From sequence record NC_054930.1: DNA of 64,000 bases; one strand, 5' to 3'. The stretch is from Escherichia phage PP01. The notes below the pieces were generated by a model that was not told where the DNA came from, ran no database searches, and saw only the letters and a list, made by a program, of their open reading frames with translations. The translations under genes were made by a program, and so were the position numbers. Numbering within the stretch: position 1 is the first letter of the stretch; the number at the start of each line of letters is the position of its first letter. Below, piece by piece: positions 38,358-48,442 of this stretch.

Positions 38358-39167
38358 ATGCTTAAAGAACAACTGATTGCCGAAGCACAGAAAATTGATG
38401 CTTCCGTTGCTCTTGATAGTATTTTCGAATCAGTTAATATTTCTCCGGAAGCAAAAGAAACTTTCGGCACTGTATTCGAAGCTACCGTCAAGCAGCACGC
38501 CGTTAAATTAGCTGAATCTCATATCGCTAAAATTGCTGAAAAAGCAGAAGAAGAAGTAGAAAAAAATAAAGAAGAAGCCGAAGAAAAAGCTGAGAAGAAA
38601 ATCGCTGAGCAAGCTTCTAAATTCATTGACCATCTTGCAAAAGAATGGCTCGCTGAAAATAAATTAGCAGTTGATAAAGGCATCAAAGCCGAACTGTTTG
38701 AATCCATGCTTGGTGGATTAAAAGAGCTCTTTGTTGAACACAACGTTGTTGTTCCAGAAGAATCAGTTGATGTTGTAGCTGAAATGGAAGAAGAGCTGCA
38801 AGAACATAAAGAAGAATCAGCTCGTCTGTTCGAAGAACTCAATATGCGCGACGCATATATCAATTATGTGCAGCGTGAAGTGGCATTGAGCGAAAGTACT
38901 AAAGATCTGACTGAGTCTCAAAAAGAAAAAGTCTCTGCTCTGGTCGAAGGTATGGATTATTCAGATGCATTCTCAAGTAAATTGAGTGCAATCGTAGAAA
39001 TGGTGAAGAAATCTAATAAAGATGAAAGCACTATTACTGAGGGTATAAATACTCCTGATACTGAAGCAGCCGGACTAAATTTCGTCACTGAAGCTGTAGA
39101 AGATAAAGCTGCACAGGGTGCAGAAGATATTGTAAGTGTATATGCGAAAGTCGCATCTCGTTTCTAA
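38358..39167 (+). CDS. 22: gp22 major prohead scaffolding core protein
   Basis: 269 aa as in T4; Glu/Lys-rich coiled coil. Confidence 0.95.
   Translation: MLKEQLIAEAQKIDASVALDSIFESVNISPEAKETFGTVFEATVKQHAVKLAESHIAKIAEKAEEEVEKNKEEAEEKAEKKIAEQASKFIDHLAKEWLAENKLAVDKGIKAELFESMLGGLKELFVEHNVVVPEESVDVVAEMEEELQEHKEESARLFEELNMRDAYINYVQREVALSESTKDLTESQKEKVSALVEGMDYSDAFSSKLSAIVEMVKKSNKDESTITEGINTPDTEAAGLNFVTEAVEDKAAQGAEDIVSVYAKVASRF
39044..39051 (+). promoter_or_regulatory. Late promoter TATAAATA inside the 3' end of gene 22 (candidate gene 23 promoter)
   Basis: Exact TATAAATA about 135 nt upstream of the gene 23 ATG. Confidence 0.4.
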
Positions 39168-39185
39168 TTTTAAAGGTTAACACAA

Positions 39186-40751
39186 ATGACTATCAAAACT
39201 AAAGCTGAACTTTTGAACAAATGGAAGCCATTACTGGAAGGTGAAGGTTTACCGGAAATTGCTAATAGCAAACAAGCGATTATCGCTAAAATCTTTGAAA
39301 ACCAGGAAAAAGATTTCCAGACAGCTCCGGAATATAAAGACGAAAAAATTGCTCAGGCATTCGGTTCTTTCTTAACAGAAGCTGAAATCGGTGGTGACCA
39401 CGGTTACAATGCTACTAACATCGCTGCAGGTCAGACTTCTGGCGCAGTAACTCAGATTGGCCCAGCTGTTATGGGTATGGTACGTCGTGCTATTCCTAAC
39501 CTGATTGCTTTCGATATTTGCGGTGTTCAGCCGATGAACAGCCCGACTGGCCAGGTATTCGCACTGCGCGCAGTATATGGTAAAGATCCAATCGCTTCCG
39601 GTGCTAAAGAAGCATTCCACCCAATGTATGGTCCAGATGCAATGTTCTCTGGTCAGGGTGCTGCTAAGAAATTCCCAGCTCTGGCTGCTAGCACACAAAC
39701 CGTTGTAGGTGATATCTATACTCACTTCTTCCAGGAAACTGGTACCGTGTATCTGCAAGCTTCAGCTGTAGTAACAATCGATGCTGGTGCGACTGATGCT
39801 GCTAAATTAGATGCCGAAGTTAAGAAACAAATGGAAGCTGGTGTACTGGTAGAAATCGCTGAAGGTATGGCTACTTCTATCGCTGAACTTCAGGAAGGTT
39901 TCAACGGTTCTACCGATAACCCATGGAATGAAATGGGCTTCCGTATCGATAAACAAGTTATCGAAGCTAAATCTCGTCAGCTGAAAGCTGCTTACTCTAT
40001 CGAATTAGCACAAGACCTCCGCGCTGTTCACGGTATGGATGCTGATGCTGAACTGTCTGGTATTCTGGCTACAGAAATTATGCTGGAAATTAACCGTGAA
40101 GTTGTTGATTGGATTAACTACTCAGCTCAGGTTGGTAAATCTGGTATGACCCTGACTCCGGGTTCTAAAGCTGGTGTATTTGACTTCCAGGACCCAATCG
40201 ATATTCGTGGTGCTCGCTGGGCAGGTGAATCCTTTAAAGCTCTGTTGTTCCAGATTGACAAAGAAGCAGTTGAAATTGCTCGTCAGACTGGTCGCGGCGA
40301 AGGTAATTTCATTATCGCTTCCCGTAACGTAGTTAACGTTCTGGCTTCAGTTGATACTGGCATTTCTTATGCTGCACAGGGTCTGGCTACCGGCTTCAAC
40401 ACTGATACTACCAAGTCAGTATTTGCTGGTGTTCTGGGTGGTAAATACCGCGTATATATCGACCAATATGCTAAACAGGATTATTTCACTGTAGGTTATA
40501 AAGGTCCGAACGAAATGGATGCTGGTATTTACTATGCTCCATATGTAGCTCTGACTCCACTGCGTGGTTCTGATCCGAAGAACTTCCAACCGGTAATGGG
40601 ATTCAAAACTCGTTACGGTATCGGTATCAACCCATTTGCAGAATCCGCTGCTCAGGCTCCGGCTTCTCGCATCCAGAGCGGTATGCCTTCTATTCTGAAT
40701 AGCCTTGGTAAAAACGCTTACTTTAGACGTGTATATGTTAAAGGTATCTAA
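39186..40751 (+). CDS. 23: gp23 major capsid protein
   Basis: 521 aa as in T4; codon usage typical of a highly expressed gene. Confidence 0.98.
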   Translation: MTIKTKAELLNKWKPLLEGEGLPEIANSKQAIIAKIFENQEKDFQTAPEYKDEKIAQAFGSFLTEAEIGGDHGYNATNIAAGQTSGAVTQIGPAVMGMVRRAIPNLIAFDICGVQPMNSPTGQVFALRAVYGKDPIASGAKEAFHPMYGPDAMFSGQGAAKKFPALAASTQTVVGDIYTHFFQETGTVYLQASAVVTIDAGATDAAKLDAEVKKQMEAGVLVEIAEGMATSIAELQEGFNGSTDNPWNEMGFRIDKQVIEAKSRQLKAAYSIELAQDLRAVHGMDADAELSGILATEIMLEINREVVDWINYSAQVGKSGMTLTPGSKAGVFDFQDPIDIRGARWAGESFKALLFQIDKEAVEIARQTGRGEGNFIIASRNVVNVLASVDTGISYAAQGLATGFNTDTTKSVFAGVLGGKYRVYIDQYAKQDYFTVGYKGPNEMDAGIYYAPYVALTPLRGSDPKNFQPVMGFKTRYGIGINPFAESAAQAPASRIQSGMPSILNSLGKNAYFRRVYVKGI

Positions 40752-40777
40752 TCTCTAACGATAGAAACACAATTTTA

Positions 40778-40800
40778 GGGAACCTTCGGGTTCCCTTTTT
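40778..40800 (+). terminator. Rho-independent terminator after gene 23
   Basis: gggaaccttcgggttccc hairpin followed by TTTTT. Confidence 0.75.
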
Positions 40801-41501
40801 CTATTTTATACGATAGCAATCAGGCATATCATCCGCATTTATCCAATTGCGAATAGTTTTAGGACTAACTTTAAAATGCTCCGCTGCGTAATCAGGATTA
40901 TCAAATTTAACGCCCTTTATACATATTGGAATAAATTTTTTAATACCACCAAGTTTTTCAGAAATAGCTTTACGGTGTGAAATCGATATAGGTTTATTTT
41001 TTCGTGGATGAACATGTGTTTTATAATATTCATTGCGCCCTTTAACTCGCTTCGCAATAGTTTCATCAGATTGCTTAACGCCTGTTTTTGCCTTTGATAT
41101 TTTTCGTTTAGCTTCCACAGTCATTCCTTCTTTTGTTCGTATTGATAACATATTACGATATGAAGGATCTTGCAAATGAACTATAACTGGATTTCCTCTG
41201 CCACCAATAGCAGCATTATAGGTATCAGTTCTCATAACGAATTCCTCATTGACTAGTAAAGCTTCCATTTTATACATCTCCTCAGATGAGGAGAAAGAAT
41301 AAAGAATTTCTTTTTAAAGTTATGAATACCATATTTTTTGATGGATTTTTTGATGTTTACGCCAGAACCCATATAACCATCGTTTTCGTCAAGAGTAGCA
41401 TGAGCTCCGATGTAAATTTTTCCATTGATGATATTAGTAATTTGATATATTAAATATTTCATTTTAAACATCGCTCCGTTTGTATATGAATATAATATCA
41501 T
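40801..41501 (-). pseudogene. segD: segD GIY-YIG homing endonuclease gene split by a frameshift
   Basis: 82-aa ORF (41253..41501) carries the GIY-YIG module [21 protein letters not shown]...GYMGSG and ends [10 protein letters not shown]; the 158-aa ORF (40801..41277) continues in another frame; the frame switch sits in the run ctttaaaaagaaattc, where SegB reads NFSKEIL. Confidence 0.6.
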
Positions 41502-41526
41502 ATTACTTTGGTCTTGTAAATAACTT

Positions 41527-41534
41527 TATAAATA
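41527..41534 (+). promoter_or_regulatory. Late promoter TATAAATA for gene 24
   Basis: Exact TATAAATA 28 nt upstream of the gene 24 ATG. Confidence 0.6.
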
Positions 41535-41561
41535 GTATTATATTTCAACAAGGAAAATACA

Positions 41562-42845
41562 ATGGCTAAAATCAACGAACTTCTGCGCGAATCAACCACA
41601 ACGAATAGCAACTCAATCGGTCGCCCAAATCTCGTTGCTTTGACTCGCGCTACCACTAAATTAATATATTCTGACATTGTAGCAACGCAAAGAACTAATC
41701 AACCTGTTGCTGCTTTTTATGGTATCAAATACCTTAACCCAGACAACGAATTTACATTTAAAACTGGTGCTACTTACGCTGGCGAAGCCGGATATGTAGA
41801 CCGAGAACAAATCACAGAATTAACAGAAGAGTCTAAATTAACTCTCAATAAAGGCGATTTATTCAAATATAATAATATCGTTTATAAAGTATTAGAAGAT
41901 ACTCCATTTGCTGATATTGAAGAAAGCGACTTAGAGTTAGCTCTTCAGATTGCAATTGTTCTTTTAAAGGTTCGTCTATTTTCTGACGCAGCGTCAACAA
42001 GCAAATTTGAAAGCTCTGATAGTGAAATTGCGGATGCTAGATTCCAGATTAATAAATGGCAAACCGCGGTTAAATCTCGTAAACTTAAAACTGGCATCAC
42101 AGTTGAATTAGCGCAAGATTTAGAAGCAAATGGATTCGATGCTCCTAATTTCTTGGAAGATTTGCTTGCAACTGAAATGGCAGATGAAATCAATAAAGAT
42201 ATTCTGCAGTCTTTGATTACAGTGTCAAAACGCTATAAAGTTACAGGAATTACTGATAGTGGATTCATCGATTTGAGTTATGCATCTGCACCTGAAGCGG
42301 GTCGTTCATTATATCGAATGGTATGTGAAATGGTTTCGCATATCCAAAAAGAATCAACTTATACAGCAACGTTCTGTGTTGCTTCAGCTCGTGCCGCTGC
42401 GATTCTTGCTGCATCAGGTTGGTTAAAACATAAACCAGAAGATGATAAATATCTTTCACAAAATGCCTACGGGTTCTTAGCTAATGGTTTACCGCTTTAT
42501 TGCGATACTAACAGTCCATTAGATTATGTAATCGTTGGCGTAGTAGAAAATATCGGCGAAAAAGAAATTGTTGGATCAATTTTCTATGCTCCGTATACAG
42601 AAGGTCTCGACTTAGATGACCCTGAACATGTAGGTGCATTTAAAGTTGTTGTTGATCCAGAAAGCTTACAACCGTCTATCGGTTTATTAGTTAGATATGC
42701 TTTATCAGCAAATCCTTATACCGTAGCAAAAGATGAAAAAGAAGCAAGAATAATTGATGGTGGAGACATGGATAAAATGGCGGGTCGTTCAGATTTGTCT
42801 GTTTTATTAGGTGTTAAATTACCAAAAATTATTATTGATGAATAA
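41562..42845 (+). CDS. 24: gp24 capsid vertex protein
   Basis: 427 aa as in T4; gp23-like fold. Confidence 0.95.
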   Translation: MAKINELLRESTTTNSNSIGRPNLVALTRATTKLIYSDIVATQRTNQPVAAFYGIKYLNPDNEFTFKTGATYAGEAGYVDREQITELTEESKLTLNKGDLFKYNNIVYKVLEDTPFADIEESDLELALQIAIVLLKVRLFSDAASTSKFESSDSEIADARFQINKWQTAVKSRKLKTGITVELAQDLEANGFDAPNFLEDLLATEMADEINKDILQSLITVSKRYKVTGITDSGFIDLSYASAPEAGRSLYRMVCEMVSHIQKESTYTATFCVASARAAAILAASGWLKHKPEDDKYLSQNAYGFLANGLPLYCDTNSPLDYVIVGVVENIGEKEIVGSIFYAPYTEGLDLDDPEHVGAFKVVVDPESLQPSIGLLVRYALSANPYTVAKDEKEARIIDGGDMDKMAGRSDLSVLLGVKLPKIIIDE

Positions 42846-42850
42846 AACAA

Positions 42851-42873
42851 AGGGACCGAAAGGTCCCTTTTTA
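42851..42873. terminator. Bidirectional terminator between gene 24 and rnlB
   Basis: agggaccgaaaggtccct hairpin flanked by an A-run upstream and a T-run downstream. Confidence 0.7.
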
Positions 42874-42874
42874 T

Positions 42875-43882
42875 TTAGCTCACCAACTCAATCCAAGCTG
42901 GACGAAGTACATCTTGTACCATTTTAACTAATTCCTTTTTAATCAAAGAAGGATTATCTGCTTGAGTTAGAGTAATACCTTCACGAGAAGTTTCTTCCAA
43001 AATATCTTGAACAGTTAGCCCCATCACCTTTCCAAAATCCTTTGGACCAATTTCGCCAATTTTAGAAATAACGTTATTTACGCGGTTTAGTGTAACGTAA
43101 CAAGCTAAAATTCCAACCAATTTGTTATCAGCTTCTGATAGTTCAACTTTAGCTTTAATAGGCTTATCAGACTTTTTCTTTTCACTAAATTTAGAGTTCT
43201 TGCATTTAATCGCTACACGAGCACCGTTTGGCAGCCATTTAGGGAAACAAGGCTTCAGAACATAACCTTCTGCAGTATTATCACCAATAACATTAGCATC
43301 AAATACACAATTATTTGCTTCGACAAGGTCTTCCGATGCCGTAACGTTATAAGCGGCTAAGACGGAATCAAGGTCGTTTGGAATCATGATAAGAGCATCA
43401 AATGTTCCACGTCCAAGCATTGGTGCCATTTTAAAACCAAACGTATTACAGAAATCTTGCATTTCGTAATCACTCATGTAATAAGTATCACCGCTTTCCG
43501 TGTTTATGATGATATCGAATACATAGAAATCTTTTTCACCGTAGTCAACACCTTTCTGAATTCCACCACCAGCGAATTCACCAAAGACTTGATATGTCAC
43601 CGGCACTGAAGTTGAAATACTGTCCATGACTTCTTGAACGCCTTTAATAGCTTTATCATACTTTTTGAGTACTATTTCATAGCCATAAAAATCTTCTGCT
43701 GGAAGAATAGGGCCAGTACGTTTAGCGCAAGTTACTTTATCACGCTCAATAATCAATGAGAAATTTGTACCATGAATCTTTTCACGAGCTACCCACTCCC
43801 CACCAGTCAATCCCAAGCTATAAAGTTTTTCAATAAATTTAGAGTTGTAATGATTTTCAAGACTGCTATACTTTTTAAACAT
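42875..43882 (-). CDS. rnlB: RNA ligase 2
   Basis: 335 aa; N-terminus [43 protein letters not shown] matches T4 Rnl2 including the KxHGxN adenylation motif. Confidence 0.96.
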   Translation of the reverse strand: MFKKYSSLENHYNSKFIEKLYSLGLTGGEWVAREKIHGTNFSLIIERDKVTCAKRTGPILPAEDFYGYEIVLKKYDKAIKGVQEVMDSISTSVPVTYQVFGEFAGGGIQKGVDYGEKDFYVFDIIINTESGDTYYMSDYEMQDFCNTFGFKMAPMLGRGTFDALIMIPNDLDSVLAAYNVTASEDLVEANNCVFDANVIGDNTAEGYVLKPCFPKWLPNGARVAIKCKNSKFSEKKKSDKPIKAKVELSEADNKLVGILACYVTLNRVNNVISKIGEIGPKDFGKVMGLTVQDILEETSREGITLTQADNPSLIKKELVKMVQDVLRPAWIELVS

Positions 43883-43891
43883 AATTAATCC

Positions 43892-44170
43892 TCAAAATGT
43901 AATTTCTAACCAATCACCATCACGCTGATCACTATTGACTTTAAAGCTGAATCCTTCTTTTCTCAGCCAATCACCAATTTCTTCAGTAATCAATTTATCA
44001 CGAGCAATACAATAATAATTAAAATGTGTTTTACCTTGTTCAGCTGCTTTATTAGCAAGTTCCGAAAAATCTTTAATAAAACATTCTAGCTTAAACTGTT
44101 TACTTTTGAATGCTTTTTCGCGTAATTGATTAGCAAAAGATTCATTTTCATAAAGATCATACTGTTCCAT
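43892..44170 (-). CDS. Hypothetical protein (24.2-like position)
   Basis: 92 aa ORF between rnlB and hoc. Confidence 0.5.
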   Translation of the reverse strand: MEQYDLYENESFANQLREKAFKSKQFKLECFIKDFSELANKAAEQGKTHFNYYCIARDKLITEEIGDWLRKEGFSFKVNSDQRDGDWLEITF

Positions 44171-44372
44171 TTTTCACCTTTTTATTGATATGTCTTTTTC
44201 TATAGACAACTTTTTCTCGAGTTTCAAATTTATTCTTAGCAGTCATAGCTCGAGCCCATAATACAGCCACTTCTTTTGCCTGTAAGTTCAATTCACGAGC
44301 AATTTCAATGAATGACTTTCCAGACTCATGGAGTGTAAACACCACAACCTCAGTTCTCATAATCAATCTCAT
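44157..44372 (-). CDS. Hypothetical small basic protein (24.3-like position)
   Basis: 71 aa ORF; possible helix-turn-helix (GKSFIEIARELNLQAKEVAVLW). Confidence 0.45.
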   Translation of the reverse strand: MRLIMRTEVVVFTLHESGKSFIEIARELNLQAKEVAVLWARAMTAKNKFETREKVVYRKRHINKKVKNGTV

Positions 44373-44430
44373 GTTATCGAGTTGATGCCATTATATACAC
44401 CGTTTTCTGATTGTGTTTTATGTGCTTTCA

Positions 44431-44456
44431 AAATGAAGAAAGGGGCCGAAGCCCCT
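44431..44456 (-). terminator. Terminator after hoc
   Basis: aggggccgaagcccct hairpin with a U-run on the minus strand (plus-strand gaagaaa). Confidence 0.55.
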
Positions 44457-44460
44457 GAGA

Positions 44461-45879
44461 TTATGGATAGGTATAGATGATACCAGTTTCTAAAGCAGTT
44501 TTATGAATGATGTATCCATTGCGCGATTCTTGAACATCAACTTCTGGATAGTCTTTCATCATCTTCTGAAGAGTGTAACGATGCAAGTAGTATTTACTAT
44601 CTGGATCTTCAGTTTTCCAATCTTTACCTTCTTCAGTCATTTTTTGGATTTCATCCATAACCCACCAACCGCACCAGATATAAGCTGAGCTACGATGTGG
44701 AAGAGGATGAACATAAGGTAATTCACCTTCTGGTTCCGGAGCAACTTTATCAGTCACTTGAACTTGACCTGTGGCTTTAACTGTTTTACTATCATAGTCA
44801 GTTGCTGTAACGACAGCAGTAACTTCAATAGTTTGACTTCCAATAGATGATGTATCAACGGTGTATACATTAGTTGACCCTTCTACAGGAGAAGAATCTT
44901 TCTTCCATGAATACGTAATTTGTGCTTCTTCCGGAGCATCCGTAACGTTAGCAGTAAATGTAGCCGAAGCATCTTGCTGAACATTAATAGAAGGAGGAGT
45001 CAATGTAACCTGTGGATTCATTGTCTTCTTATTAACTGTCAATGATACTTCATTGGAAGTAACTTCCTTTTCATTATAATTTTCTGCAGTTACTTGGGCT
45101 ACGCATTTAATTCTTTTTACTCCACTTGTAGTTGGAGTATAGTTAAATGTAGAGTTAGTTTCTCCACCAACTTGTGAATCATCTACATACCACTGATACG
45201 TGGCAGACGCTCCATCGGGTTGAGAAGCTAAGGCAGCAGTAAATTGAACCGGAGTTCCAATTACTCCAGCAGCAGGACTAGCAGGAGTTACTGCCAAGGT
45301 AGTTGTCTGCGTCTTTTTATTAACCGTCAATGATACTTCATTAGAAGTAACGCTCAATGCATCATAATCTGTCGCAGTTACTTGAGCTACACACTTGATT
45401 TTTTTAACTCCGCTTGTGGAAGGAGTGTAATTGAATGTAGCGTCAGTTGCTTCGTCTACAGGAGAACCGTCAACATACCATTGATACGTAGCAGATGCGC
45501 CCGATGGCTGTGAAGCTAAGGCAGCAGTAAATTCAACGGCTGTTCCGATTACTCCTTCTGGAGGACTATTAGGAGTTACAGCTAAGGTAGTTGTCTGTGT
45601 CTTATTTTGAACTGTGATAGTTGTACTAATTTCAGCTGTTTCAGCTTCAGCTTCTGGAACTGTATTTGTTGCAACCACTTTAATAGTCTTTTGACCAGCA
45701 GGTCCTTTTAATACATAATTAAAGGTTGCTTCAGCTCCATCCTGTGGAACATTATCTACGCTCCAAGCATAGGTAATAGTTCCACCTCCAGTTTCACCAC
45801 TGGGTGTAGCAGTAAACTGCTTGGTTTCATCAATAACCCCTGTTGGTGTTTTAGGAGTTATATCAACTGTAAAAGCCAT
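44461..45879 (-). CDS. hoc: Hoc outer capsid decoration protein, extended (472 aa)
   Basis: Ig-like domain repeats and the C-terminal capsid-binding region ...WCGWWVMDEIQKMTEEGKDWK...; about 96 aa longer than T4 Hoc (376 aa) owing to a tandem domain duplication. Confidence 0.9.
   Translation of the reverse strand: MAFTVDITPKTPTGVIDETKQFTATPSGETGGGTITYAWSVDNVPQDGAEATFNYVLKGPAGQKTIKVVATNTVPEAEAETAEISTTITVQNKTQTTTLAVTPNSPPEGVIGTAVEFTAALASQPSGASATYQWYVDGSPVDEATDATFNYTPSTSGVKKIKCVAQVTATDYDALSVTSNEVSLTVNKKTQTTTLAVTPASPAAGVIGTPVQFTAALASQPDGASATYQWYVDDSQVGGETNSTFNYTPTTSGVKRIKCVAQVTAENYNEKEVTSNEVSLTVNKKTMNPQVTLTPPSINVQQDASATFTANVTDAPEEAQITYSWKKDSSPVEGSTNVYTVDTSSIGSQTIEVTAVVTATDYDSKTVKATGQVQVTDKVAPEPEGELPYVHPLPHRSSAYIWCGWWVMDEIQKMTEEGKDWKTEDPDSKYYLHRYTLQKMMKDYPEVDVQESRNGYIIHKTALETGIIYTYP
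45028..45603 (-). repeat. Tandem direct repeat, 2 x 288 bp, inside hoc (duplicated Ig-like domain)
   Basis: Two consecutive 96-codon units with highly similar protein sequence (NKKTQTTTLAVTP.SP..GVIGT.V.FTAALASQP.GASATYQWYVD...FNYTP.TSGVK.IKCVAQVTA...VTSNEVSLTV). Confidence 0.8.
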
Positions 45880-45888
45880 AAGTTATCC

Positions 45889-46569
45889 TTATTTTAATGT
45901 TACGAAAGAAGAATTGCGTGTTTCACGAATTAGAACTGATCCGTCACGATTAATGTAGTAAATTAAGCTAAACAAAGTTTGATGCGCAGATGCATGTTCA
46001 AAACTAGTTGGGTGAGATTTCCAATTCGGAGTTTCAGCAATCCACTGGTAAATCCACCAAGGAACAGTGCAGAATCCTGGATTTTTTCCAATCAACTGAA
46101 GATTCGGACTAAAGTTTTCCGGAAGAGTGAATACAGACGGCTTTTCAGATTCAATAATCTCAGCTACAGCCTGTTCGAATTTTTCTTCAACAAAAGGAGT
46201 ATCTTCAATCAAAACATCGGTATTTTCGGGAATTTTATCCGTTTCTACTACTTCAATTTTAATGTCAGATTTAACCGGAGAATCAATCAGAAGTGCTGCT
46301 TCTGGATTGACCTCTTCATCGTCATATTTTAACCCCTCTGCAGCATCAGCAGCATCGATTAAGTCTTTAATAGATAACCCATCAGTCTCTGGCATAGGTT
46401 CATTAGCGAGCTTCTGGAGGGCTTCTTCAATATCAATAACGATATTATCAAAAGATTTATTCTTTTTGACCTTTATACCAAACTGTTCAGCATATTCAGC
46501 TAATTTAGCCTTAGCTTCTTTATTATCATCAAGAGCCTTCAGCTCTGCAATATAATCTTTATCTATCAT
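45889..46569 (-). CDS. inh: Inh, inhibitor of prohead protease
   Basis: 226 aa as in T4; adjacent to hoc. Confidence 0.85.
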   Translation of the reverse strand: MIDKDYIAELKALDDNKEAKAKLAEYAEQFGIKVKKNKSFDNIVIDIEEALQKLANEPMPETDGLSIKDLIDAADAAEGLKYDDEEVNPEAALLIDSPVKSDIKIEVVETDKIPENTDVLIEDTPFVEEKFEQAVAEIIESEKPSVFTLPENFSPNLQLIGKNPGFCTVPWWIYQWIAETPNWKSHPTSFEHASAHQTLFSLIYYINRDGSVLIRETRNSSFVTLK

Positions 46570-46582
46570 AATATTTCCTCAG

Positions 46583-46590
46583 TATAAATA
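46583..46590 (+). promoter_or_regulatory. Late promoter TATAAATA for uvsW
   Basis: Exact TATAAATA 30 nt upstream of the uvsW ATG. Confidence 0.55.
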
Positions 46591-46619
46591 TAGATATATT
46601 TATTACATGGTATTTAGAC

Positions 46620-48131
46620 ATGACTGACATTAAAGTACATTTTTACGATTTTAGTCACGTGAGAATTGATTGTGAAGAAAGTACATTTCATGAACTCCGT
46701 GATTTCTTTAGCTTTGAAGCTGATGGGTATCGTTTTAATCCGAAATACAAATATGGTCACTGGGATGGACGAATCCGTCTTTTAGATTATAATCGCCTTC
46801 TTCCATTCGGTTTAGTTGGGCAAATTAAAAAGTTCTGTGATAACTTTGGCTATAAAGCCTGGATTGACCCGCAAATTAATGAAAAAGAAGAATTATCAAG
46901 AAAAGATTTTGATGAATGGATTTCTAAATTAGAAATCTATTCAGGAAATAAAAGAATTGAACCACACTGGTATCAAAAAGATGCAGTGTTCGAAGGATTA
47001 GTTAATCGTCGTAGAATTCTTAATCTTCCAACATCCGCAGGTAAATCTTTAATTCAAGCTTTGCTTGCACGTTATTATTTGGAAAATTATGAAGGTAAAA
47101 TTCTTATCATTGTTCCAACAACTGCTTTAACAACTCAGATGGCTGATGACTTTGTTGACTATCGTTTATTCAGTCATGCAATGATAAAGAAAATCGGTGG
47201 TGGAGCATCAAAAGATGATAAATATAAAAATGATGCACCAGTCGTTGTGGGTACATGGCAAACTGTAGTAAAACAACCAAAAGAATGGTTTTCCCAATTT
47301 GGTATGATGATGAATGATGAATGCCATCTTGCTACAGGAAAAAGTATTTCATCTATCATATCGGGTTTAAATAACTGCATGTTCAAATTCGGTTTGTCTG
47401 GTTCATTACGTGATGGAAAAGCCAATATCATGCAGTATGTTGGAATGTTTGGTGAAATATTTAAGCCAGTAACGACTTCTAAATTAATGGAAGATGGGCA
47501 AGTAACTGAGCTAAAAATTAATAGTATTTTTCTTCGCTATCCTGATGAGTTCACTACTAAATTAAAGGGAAAAACTTACCAAGAAGAAATAAAAATTATT
47601 ACTGGACTCAGTAAAAGAAATAAATGGATTGCTAAATTAGCTATTAAACTTGCACAAAAAGATGAAAACGCTTTTGTCATGTTTAAGCATGTATCACATG
47701 GTAAAGCTATTTTCGATTTAATTAAAAATGAATACGATAAAGTTTATTACGTATCAGGGGAAGTTGATACCGAAACACGCAACGTAATGAAAACCTTAGC
47801 TGAAAACGGTAAAGGAATAATTATAGTAGCTAGTTATGGTGTATTTTCTACTGGTATTTCAGTTAAAAATCTGCATCACGTTATTTTAGCGCACGGTGTT
47901 AAATCTAAAATTATTGTATTGCAAACAATAGGTCGCGTATTACGTAAGCATGGTTCTAAAACAATCGCAACGGTCTGGGACCTCATAGATGATTGTGGTG
48001 TTAAGCCAAAATCTGCTAATACGAAAAAGAAATATGTTCATTTGAACTATCTTTTAAAACACGGCATTGATCGTATTCAGCGCTACGCAGATGAAAAATT
48101 TAATTACGTAATGAAAACAGTTAATTTATAA
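46620..48131 (+). CDS. uvsW: UvsW RNA-DNA / DNA helicase
   Basis: 503 aa; SF2 helicase motifs (PTSAGKS Walker A, DECH box); matches T4 UvsW. Confidence 0.96.
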   Translation: MTDIKVHFYDFSHVRIDCEESTFHELRDFFSFEADGYRFNPKYKYGHWDGRIRLLDYNRLLPFGLVGQIKKFCDNFGYKAWIDPQINEKEELSRKDFDEWISKLEIYSGNKRIEPHWYQKDAVFEGLVNRRRILNLPTSAGKSLIQALLARYYLENYEGKILIIVPTTALTTQMADDFVDYRLFSHAMIKKIGGGASKDDKYKNDAPVVVGTWQTVVKQPKEWFSQFGMMMNDECHLATGKSISSIISGLNNCMFKFGLSGSLRDGKANIMQYVGMFGEIFKPVTTSKLMEDGQVTELKINSIFLRYPDEFTTKLKGKTYQEEIKIITGLSKRNKWIAKLAIKLAQKDENAFVMFKHVSHGKAIFDLIKNEYDKVYYVSGEVDTETRNVMKTLAENGKGIIIVASYGVFSTGISVKNLHHVILAHGVKSKIIVLQTIGRVLRKHGSKTIATVWDLIDDCGVKPKSANTKKKYVHLNYLLKHGIDRIQRYADEKFNYVMKTVNL

Positions 48132-48144
48132 GGGCTTCGGCCCT
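48131..48144 (+). other. GC stem-loop (agggcTTCGgccct) between uvsW and uvsW.1
   Basis: 5-bp G/C stem with UUCG loop. Confidence 0.35.
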
Positions 48145-48387
48145 TTGGAGAAAAAGATGTTACTAGAATTTAAACAATTTCTTTATGAAGCTTCTATTGA
48201 TGAATTTATGGGTAAAATTGCCTCTTGTCAAACATTAGAAGGTTTAGAAGAACTTGAAGCTTATTATAAGAAAAGAGTCAAAGAAACTGAATTAAAAGAT
48301 ACTGATGACATCTCTGTGAGAGATGCTTTGGCAGGAAAAAGAGCTGAATTAGAAGATTCAGATGATGAAGTAGAAGAAAGCTTTTAA
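48145..48387 (+). CDS. uvsW.1: UvsW.1
   Basis: 80 aa acidic protein immediately after uvsW as in T4. Confidence 0.8.
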   Translation: MEKKMLLEFKQFLYEASIDEFMGKIASCQTLEGLEELEAYYKKRVKETELKDTDDISVRDALAGKRAELEDSDDEVEESF

Positions 48388-48442
48388 ATTAAAAAAGGCC
48401 CAACCAAAAAGGAAGGGCCAAAACTATAGACTAAAGGTCACA

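Noticed and set aside
38519-38863. 114-aa ORF on the minus strand inside gene 22
   Set aside because: Antisense shadow of the Glu/Lys/Ala-rich gp22 coding sequence.
46127-46555. 142-aa Ser-rich ORF on the plus strand
   Set aside because: Antisense to inh; no start context or promoter; T4 synteny is fully accounted for by inh.
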